NCBI GenBank assembly: GCA_942493095.1
Contig: OW818675.1
Coordinates: 1,110,001 to 1,142,000 of the forward strand
Direction: 5' to 3'
Origin: Candidatus Electronema halotolerans
GTDB taxonomy: Bacteria; Desulfobacterota; Desulfobulbia; Desulfobulbales; Desulfobulbaceae
Length of the DNA stretch: 32,000 nucleotides
A model generated the notes under the pieces. It was not told where the DNA came from. It did no database searches and saw nothing but the letters and a program-made list of their open reading frames with translations. Below are positions 29,001 to 32,000 of this stretch, in pieces (within the stretch, counting starts at the first letter, position 1; each line of letters starts with the position of its first letter). The position numbers and the translations under genes were made by a program.

Positions 29001-32000
29001 GGATGGACGATGAAGCTGGCTGCGGTTTTTTCCTCGTCATTCCAATAGCATCGCGCCAGGCCGCTGCCGCCGATATAAAGCTGTCCCGGCACATTGACCG
29101 GGCACGGCTCCAGCGCGCTGTTGAGCACCTGCCAGCTCTGGTTGCGCAGGGCCTTGCCATACGGAATGCTTTTCCAAGCCGGATCAACGTGGTCAATCGG
29201 GTGCCAGATTGACCAGATGGAGGCTTCGGTGGCCCCGCCGAGACTGATGACCCGCGCCTGCGGCCAGACAGTGCTGATGCGCTCCGGCAGATTGAGCGGA
29301 ATCCAGTCGCCGCTCATCATGACCAGCCGCAGCGATTCAGGGCGCAGGGCCGCCTGCCCCTCGACGTGATCGGCGTGAATCTGCATCAGGGCCGGGACGC
29401 TGTTCCAGACCGTCACCTTATGGCGATTTGACAGCTCGGCCCAATGCGTCGGCTCCTTGGCTTTTTCCTGCTCAGGCATGACCACTGCGCCGCCAGCGGC
29501 GAGCAGGCCGAAGATGTCATAAACCGACAGGTCAAAACTCAATGAAGACAGGGCCAGCACCCGGTCATTTTGGCCAACGGCAAAGCGTTCGTTGATATCT
29601 AAGATGGTGTTGGCCGCGCCACGATGGCTGATGGCCACGCCCTTGGGCAGGCCGGTCGAGCCGGAGGTGAAGATGATGTAGGCCAGATCATCCGGCTGCG
29701 TTGCGGCAGCCGGTTTTTCCGGCGGAAATGCGGCTAAGTCGAGTTGCTCTACGGTCAGCGCATGAACGTTTTCCGGCAGTTCCAGACTGTCCGCAACCCG
29801 CTGATGGGTGATCAGGCGGTTTGCGCCGCTGCCCTCCAGAATGCGCTGGATGCGCTCCGCCGGATAGTCAGGATCAACCGGCACATAAGCGGCCCCGGCC
29901 TTGAGCGCGGCCAGCACGCTGATGATCATCAGCGGTGACCGCTCCAGAGCGACCGCAACCAAGGGCTGCCTGCTTGTTTCTGTTTTTATTGCCAGAAGAC
30001 AGTGCGCGAGCCGACAGGCCTGCTCATCAAGCTGCTGATAGGTGAGCTGCTCGTCTTTGTGAATGAGGGCCACATTGTCCGGCGATGCCGCAGCCTGCCG
30101 CTCGAACAGGTCAAGCAGGGTGCAGTCAGGCGCAGGCCCAGTCTCCGGCGCGCTCCACTGCTCCAGCTGCTCCAGCTCGGCCGCAGTGAGCATGGGCAGC
30201 CGACTGACCGACTGACGCGGATCTGCGGCTATGCCTTGCAGCAAAATTTCAAAGCGTTCAGCAATGCGGGCCACTGTCTCTTTTTCAAACAGGTCAGCAG
30301 CATACTCCCAGCGGCAGAGGAGCTGATCACCTTTGCCCTCCACGCTTAAAGTCAGATCAAATTTCGCCGCCGAGTTGCCAGTTTCCAAAAAATTGACCTT
30401 CAGCTCCGGCAGGGCCAAGTCTGGAACTTCGTTGTTTTGCAGGACAAACATGACCTGAAAGAGCGGGCTGTGACTCATGCTCCTGACAGGCTGCAGCTCC
30501 TCCACCAGTATTTCAAAGGGAATGTCCTGATGGGCATAGGCGGAGAGACAGGAGCGGCGGACCGCCCTGAGCAGCTCATTGAAGGACTGCTCAGGTGCTG
30601 TTTGGGCGCGCAGCACCAAGGTGTTGACAAAGAAGCCGATCAAATCCTCGGTCTGACTGTGCCGCCGTCCGGCAATCGGGCTGCCCACGCAGATGTCGTT
30701 CTGACCGCTGTGCCGGGCCAGCAGGACATTGAAGGCGGCGAGCAGCACCATGAACAGTGTTGAACTTTGCTCCCTGCTTAGGTCGGCAAGGCTTTGGCTC
30801 AGTGCCGGCGGCAGCGGACGGATGTGCTGGCCGCCCTGAGAGCTGCGTCTGGAAGGGCGGGGCTTGTCGGTCGGCAGTTCGAGCAGCTCCGGCACTCCGG
30901 CCAGCTCCCTGCGCCAGTAATCGACCTGCTGCTCCAGAATCGGACCATGCAGCCAGCTCCGCTGCCAAGCCGCATAGTCAGGGTATTCAATGGTGAGTTC
31001 CGGCAGAGCGGACTCTTTATTTTGGCTGAGGGCGGTGTAGGTCTCCTGCCAGTCCCGGAGAAAAATGGCCATGGACCAGCCGTCGCTGACAACATGGTGC
31101 ATGTTGAGGAGCAATACCGACCGCTGCTCATCCAGCAGCAGACAGGCGGTTCTGAAGACCGGCCCCTGCGCCAGATCAAACTGCGCGGCAGCATGAGCGT
31201 CTGTCTGTCTGATGACTTCCGCCGCCTGCATGTCCTGATTCAGGCTCCGCAGGTCATGCAGCTCCAAGGCAAACATCTCTTCAACCTGTTTGATCGTGGT
31301 GTATGGCCTGCCATCCTGCATGACAAAGCAGGTGCGGAGGCTGGCATGACGCTCCACCATCAAGCGCAGGCTCTGCTCCAGCAGACGCAGGTCGAGCCTG
31401 CCCTGCATTTCCAAGGCAATAGGGATGTTGTAGGCAGGGTTGCTCTGCTCGTCAAACTGATCCAAGAACCAGAGCCGCTGCTGGGCAAAAGAGAGCTGCT
31501 CAAGGTCTTGCGCCGATTTTTTGCTGATCGGCGGCAGGCAGGGCGTTCCTGCGGCCTGCTCAATGGCGGCGGCCAAGTCTTTGAGCTGCGGATTGCTGAA
31601 CACGGCCCGGAGCGGCAGCTCGACCTGAAAGCTTTCCCGGATGCGGGAAACTAACCGCATGGCGAGCAGCGAATTGCCGCCCAGATCAAAAAAATTGTCA
31701 CTGCGGCCCACAGCACCGCATCGCAATAAATCAGCCCACAACTCAGCCAAAAGCTCTTCTTCCGGGCCGAGAGGATGTTCCTCGCTGCTCTTGCTGCTGA
31801 GTTCCGGCTCAGGCAGGGCCTTGCGGTCAATTTTGCCGTTCGGAGTCAGCGGCATGGCCTCCATGAGAATGAATGCCGCCGGAACCATGTAGTCCGGCAG
31901 GGTCTTCTTGATGAAAGCGCGCAGCTCCGCAGGCAGCTGCAGCCTGTCCGCGTCCTCCTGATACGGGGTGTTGGCATAGCTGGGCCAAAGTCTTGGCGCG
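20093..32000 (-). CDS. NRPS-1 (partial at 5' end): ...A(C-term)-PCP-C-A-PCP-C-A-PCP-E-C-A(MT), no terminal A10 or PCP
   Basis: ORF track gives 3,931 aa from an internal Met at 31888 (DYMVPAAF). The frame stays open for 37 more codons to the window edge (APRLWPSYANTPYQEDADRLQLPAELRAFIKKTLPDY|MVPAAF), so the real start lies outside. Multiple C/A/PCP motifs. Confidence 0.97.
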   Translation of the reverse strand, partial: APRLWPSYANTPYQEDADRLQLPAELRAFIKKTLPDYMVPAAFILMEAMPLTPNGKIDRKALPEPELSSKSSEEHPLGPEEELLAELWADLLRCGAVGRSDNFFDLGGNSLLAMRLVSRIRESFQVELPLRAVFSNPQLKDLAAAIEQAAGTPCLPPISKKSAQDLEQLSFAQQRLWFLDQFDEQSNPAYNIPIALEMQGRLDLRLLEQSLRLMVERHASLRTCFVMQDGRPYTTIKQVEEMFALELHDLRSLNQDMQAAEVIRQTDAHAAAQFDLAQGPVFRTACLLLDEQRSVLLLNMHHVVSDGWSMAIFLRDWQETYTALSQNKESALPELTIEYPDYAAWQRSWLHGPILEQQVDYWRRELAGVPELLELPTDKPRPSRRSSQGGQHIRPLPPALSQSLADLSREQSSTLFMVLLAAFNVLLARHSGQNDICVGSPIAGRRHSQTEDLIGFFVNTLVLRAQTAPEQSFNELLRAVRRSCLSAYAHQDIPFEILVEELQPVRSMSHSPLFQVMFVLQNNEVPDLALPELKVNFLETGNSAAKFDLTLSVEGKGDQLLCRWEYAADLFEKETVARIAERFEILLQGIAADPRQSVSRLPMLTAAELEQLEQWSAPETGPAPDCTLLDLFERQAAASPDNVALIHKDEQLTYQQLDEQACRLAHCLLAIKTETSRQPLVAVALERSPLMIISVLAALKAGAAYVPVDPDYPAERIQRILEGSGANRLITHQRVADSLELPENVHALTVEQLDLAAFPPEKPAAATQPDDLAYIIFTSGSTGLPKGVAISHRGAANTILDINERFAVGQNDRVLALSSLSFDLSVYDIFGLLAAGGAVVMPEQEKAKEPTHWAELSNRHKVTVWNSVPALMQIHADHVEGQAALRPESLRLVMMSGDWIPLNLPERISTVWPQARVISLGGATEASIWSIWHPIDHVDPAWKSIPYGKALRNQSWQVLNSALEPCPVNVPGQLYIGGSGLARCYWNDEEKTAASFIVHPRAGERLYRTGDLGRWLPDGSIEFLGRDDFQVKIRGFRIELGEIEACLRQHPAVRDVVAKVWGGGGQQYLAAYVTADAAAPSLTAELKAAAQQALPDYMVPAYYCLLDALPLTANGKLDRNALPEPELTAEQEGLKPVSPDEELLAAVWAGLLNAEQISREDSFFERGGNSLLAMQLVSRIRETFQTELPVRAIFEHPTLREMAAVVRAAAGSVSLPPITAQPDAARKQLSFAQQRLWFLDQLEENKTAAYNMPLAFALTGGLNAVALEKSLHWLRQRHASLRTIFAAEDGRPRAELRPAEDAPCLQIADLRHLDGDVLEQEIVAQLYEHTVAPFDLASGPLFRAVLLRTEAERAVLLLNMHHIVSDGWSIGILLRDLQHAYAAFLNEEEPGLPPLALEYGDFAVWQRGWLQGEVLQRQVDYWKRQLDGIPDLLELPTDKARPARQSYRGAHYTHLLPSEISQAVADLSRQEGATVFMTLLAAFSILLSRYSRQDDICVGSPIASRTHRQTEDLVGFFVNTLVLRTHLEPEQSFSGLLHAVRQTCLAAYAYQDIPFEMLVEQLQPSRNMSHAPLFQVMLAVQDEISLELQGLEAKIHDSEYPIAKFDLTLFVDDSEGRLRCTWEYATDIFSEASIIRMSGHFMILLQGIAADPRQSVSRLPMLTAAELEQLEQWSAPETGPAPDCTLLDLFERQAAASPDNVALIHKDEQLTYQQLDEQACRLAHCLLAIKTETSRQPLVAVALERSPLMIISVLAALKAGAAYVPVDPDYPAERIQRILEGSGAGSMITHQRVADSLELPENVHALTVEQLDLAAFPPEKPAAATQPDDLAYIIFTSGSTGLPKGVAISHRGAANTILDINERFAVGQNDRVLALSSLSFDLSVYDIFGLLAAGGAVVMPEQEKAKEPTHWAELSNRHKVTVWNSVPALMQIHADHVEGQAALRPESLRLVMMSGDWIPLNLPERISTVWPQARVISLGGATEASIWSIWHPIDHVDPAWKSIPYGKALRNQSWQVLNSALEPCPVNVPGQLYIGGSGLARCYWNDEEKTATSFIIHPRAGERLYRTGDLGRWLPDGSIEFLGRDDFQVKIRGFRIELGEIEACLRQHPAVREALTAVHDEGDSRHLAAYFTASDPCLESGQLRTWLKERLPDYMVPNYLMPLKTFPLTANGKIDRKALPKPKLTFDAGDFSLPRNEIEQTLAEIWGALLKQRSIGIHDNFFELGGDSILSIQVVTRARKAGIQLAVHHLFEHQSIAELAKVAQAGVLIDIDAEQGLVSGELPLTPAQHWFFAQEQPEPHHFNQSVLLSVPDDFNPDVLRQAFAAVLQHHDALRLRFSQHDGSWQQYYAPAAEKIPFTIERSAAQEEEAEQWLISKTLDQQQNLNFVHGPLTRLTLLQTADRTRLFWCIHHLAVDGVSWRPLLEDLHKAYSQLVQGQPLSLPLKSSSFKAWSMRLQSYLSSQELADELHFWQALPELPLPMDFQDGKNRREYQQEITVRLEEKKTSTLLREAQLAYNTRINDLLLAALAMTLRDWHGSSQSLIELEGHGRVGLFPELDLSRTTGWFTAMYPVLLDLPQANELGAVIKAVKEQLRRIPKDGISYGLLKELAGHKLPKADIVFNYLGQFDQGIDAGSFSMTAEKTGSQISMTGPRSHLLEINGAVTQGQLSLTWSWSSDCYRSETVKGIAQAYIACLQELVHHCAQGRQGVTPSDFPAASVTQATLDSLFKQYADIQDIYPLTPMQQGLLFHTLYQPENEEYFEQLLCTLSNIDALFFKAAWQLQLERHPILRSAFLTDHTPMLQLVEKKAKLFWQEHDWRELPVGQQKERLRLLTDQERKKGFVVSKAPLIRFDLIRRDDEQFTFVMHFHHVLLDGWSVSRIFEEVRSSYLAMKQGRTPQLPTLPPFREYIAWLQKQDAENANCYWQERLAGFTEPTLLPIQQLNKLQPEYRKIRYSLGAESAAQLQQFCQQQRVTLNTVLQTALGLALARYSSKTDICFGVMISGRNASLAGIEDMVGMLINALPFRLQIDNSLSGSELLQHVQELHQADSRHGFSSLVDIQEQSELAQDEALFETLLAVENFPRGDNEATADESYRIEQMWSQNATSFPLTIMVDPGETADFYLLHDSCRINAESIDRFWGHLRTLLAALISAPEQPVGQLDMLTQPELAQIQQWNAPETGPVPDCTLLDLFERQAAASPDSAALIHKNEQLTYQQLDQQACRLAHCLLAIKTETSRQPLVAVALERSPLMIISVLAALKAGAAYVPVDPDYPAERIQRILEGSGAGSLITHQRVADSLELPENVRTLTAEQLDLTAFPPEKPAVATQPDDLAYIIFTSGSTGLPKGVAISHRGATNTILDINERFAVGQNDRVLALSSLSFDLSVYDIFGLLAAGGAVVMPEQEKAKEPTHWAELASRHQVTVWNSVPALMQIYAEQIEGNAALRLVMMSGDWIPLNLPERISTVWPQAQTISLGGATEASIWSIWHPIDHVDPAWKSIPYGKALRNQSFHILDEKLSPCPLLVPGQLYIGGIGLAQCYWGDEEKTAASFIIHPRTGEHLYRTGDLGRWLPDGSIEFLGRDDFQVKIRGFRIELGEIETAICRHPLVKEATVIAHDEIDGKRLLAYFVPESESKKKKTGSAKGEMSWLNDTVEKILSLKPERLLEISCGIGAFSSCIAPSCQQYIGVDFSQLLQEQRNAADAFQGIENGSVDVIAMNAVIQYFPSVDYCISVLEKAMEAVSPGGSIFIGDIRNFKLLEAFHASVQLHQAEDSLPLSVLRQHIQKAVQEEEELFIDPDLFKAIHQEFPRIKNVQIQLKAGAGQNEMNRFRYDVILRLDQEPEQPETIWLDWQEQDVNLSNIAQLLAENRSFAIKNIPNARLSAEKHLLAQLHNAEGTVKELRNSLRQREQGIDPDELCRLADQANFACIISYDSPYHYAVAFCRKDMSETATTEESFLFKKTWHHFA
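20500..21070 (-). other. Methyltransferase domain inserted after the A8 region of A3
   Basis: MSWLNDTVEKILSLKPERLLEISCGIGAFSSCIAPSCQQYIGVDFS...VIQYFPSVDYCISVLEKAMEAVSPGGSIFIGDIRNFKLLEAFHASVQLHQAEDSLPLSVL...EEELFIDPDLF...NRFRYDVILR, the NRPS A-domain-embedded MT family pattern. Confidence 0.9.
21150..22450 (-). other. Adenylation core A3 (Cys-type code), interrupted by the MT
   Basis: IIFTSGSTGLPKGV, SLSFDLSVYDIFG, VTVWNSVPALMQI, LRLVMMSGDWIP, ISLGGATEASIWSI, GFRIELGEIETAICRHP; then MT and stop with no NGKxDR motif. Confidence 0.9.
22540..23810 (-). other. Condensation domain C3 (DCL-like, after the E domain)
   Basis: IYPLTPMQQGLLFHTLY...VMHFHHVLLDGWSVSRI. Confidence 0.87.
23900..25170 (-). 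other. Epimerization domain
   Basis: LPLTPAQHWFFAQ...IHHLAVDGVSWRPLLEDL...ELEGHGR...TTGWFTAMYPVLLD...VFNYLGQFD, preceded by the PCP motif ELGGDSILSIQVV. Confidence 0.93.
25460..26960 (-). other. Adenylation domain A2 (Cys-type code)
   Basis: SFDLSVYDIFG, VTVWNSVPALMQI, LRLVMMSGDWIP, ISLGGATEASIWSI; ends NGKIDRKALPKP. Confidence 0.9.
25662..27069 (-). repeat. ~1.41-kb near-identical intragenic direct repeat, copy 1 (A2 core)
   Basis: Matches 28836-30243 at a constant offset of 3,174 bp with few visible mismatches, e.g. ggatgatgaagctggttgcgg vs ggacgatgaagctggctgcgg. Confidence 0.92.
27060..28330 (-). other. Condensation domain C2 (LCL-like)
   Basis: LSFAQQRLWFLDQLEENKTAAYNMP...LLNMHHIVSDGWSIGILLRDL. 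Confidence 0.9.
28640..30140 (-). other. Adenylation domain A1 (Cys-type code)
   Basis: SFDLSVYDIFG, VTVWNSVPALMQI, LRLVMMSGDWIP, ISLGGATEASIWSI; ends NGKLDRNALPEP. Confidence 0.9.
28836..30243 (-). repeat. ~1.41-kb near-identical intragenic direct repeat, copy 2 (A1 core)
   Basis: See copy 1. Shadow ORFs recur at the same 3,174-bp offset: 25920/29094, 26570/29744, 26828/30002. Confidence 0.92.
30230..31500 (-). other. Condensation domain C1 (LCL-like)
   Basis: LSFAQQRLWFLDQFDEQSNPAYNIP...LLNMHHVVSDGWSMAIFLRDW...IGFFVNTLVLRAQ. Confidence 0.9.

Noticed and set aside
30230-31500. C1, C2, C4 and C5 as heterocyclization (Cy) domains, as expected for Cys modules
   Set aside because: All show HHxxxDGWS at the catalytic motif rather than DxxxxDxxS.
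20093-31888. 31888 as the true start codon of NRPS-1
   Set aside because: The Met is inside the conserved DYMVPAAF motif and the frame is open to base 32000, so the gene is partial at the window edge.
19950-31892. Many plus-strand ORFs of 60-300 aa opposite the NRPS genes (e.g. 21941-22828, 25253-26038, 28799-29212)
   Set aside because: Antisense shadow ORFs created by the coding bias of NRPS DNA. Identical ones recur at the 3,174-bp repeat offset and none shows a recognisable domain.
1-32000. CRISPR arrays, tRNA or rRNA genes
   Set aside because: No short regularly spaced repeats and no recognisable RNA gene sequence found on reading the window; tRNAscan/Infernal would be needed to exclude them formally.

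Overview
The window is dominated by a minus-strand non-ribosomal peptide synthetase (NRPS) cluster, about 7.1-32 kb. Transcription order is: giant NRPS-1 (>3,968 codons, continuing past the right edge), FGE/SUMF1-family protein, radical SAM protein, NRPS-2 (2,568 aa, ending in a thioesterase), second FGE/SUMF1-family protein, ABC exporter, SPFH/band-7 protein. Three observations stand out. (1) NRPS-1 stops just after a methyltransferase domain inserted in its last adenylation (A) domain. The missing post-MT A-domain stump (YANTP...NGKIDRKAL) plus carrier protein forms the N-terminus of NRPS-2. One A-MT-A-PCP module is therefore split over two polypeptides, with the FGE and radical SAM genes between them. 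(2) Four of five core A domains read by eye as the cysteine-type code D-L-Y-N-M-S-L-I-W, but the condensation domains are HHxxxDG types rather than heterocyclization domains. This suggests a free-thiol poly-Cys peptide. (3) Two paralogous FGE-like proteins, a family whose founding members oxidise Cys, each sit immediately downstream of an NRPS gene. The left part has a partial dnaA, a truncated histidine phosphatase, an AT-rich McrB/LlaJI-like defence island with an uncharacterised third gene, and a TauE/SafE permease. All assignments come from reading the sequence; no database search or alignment program was run.
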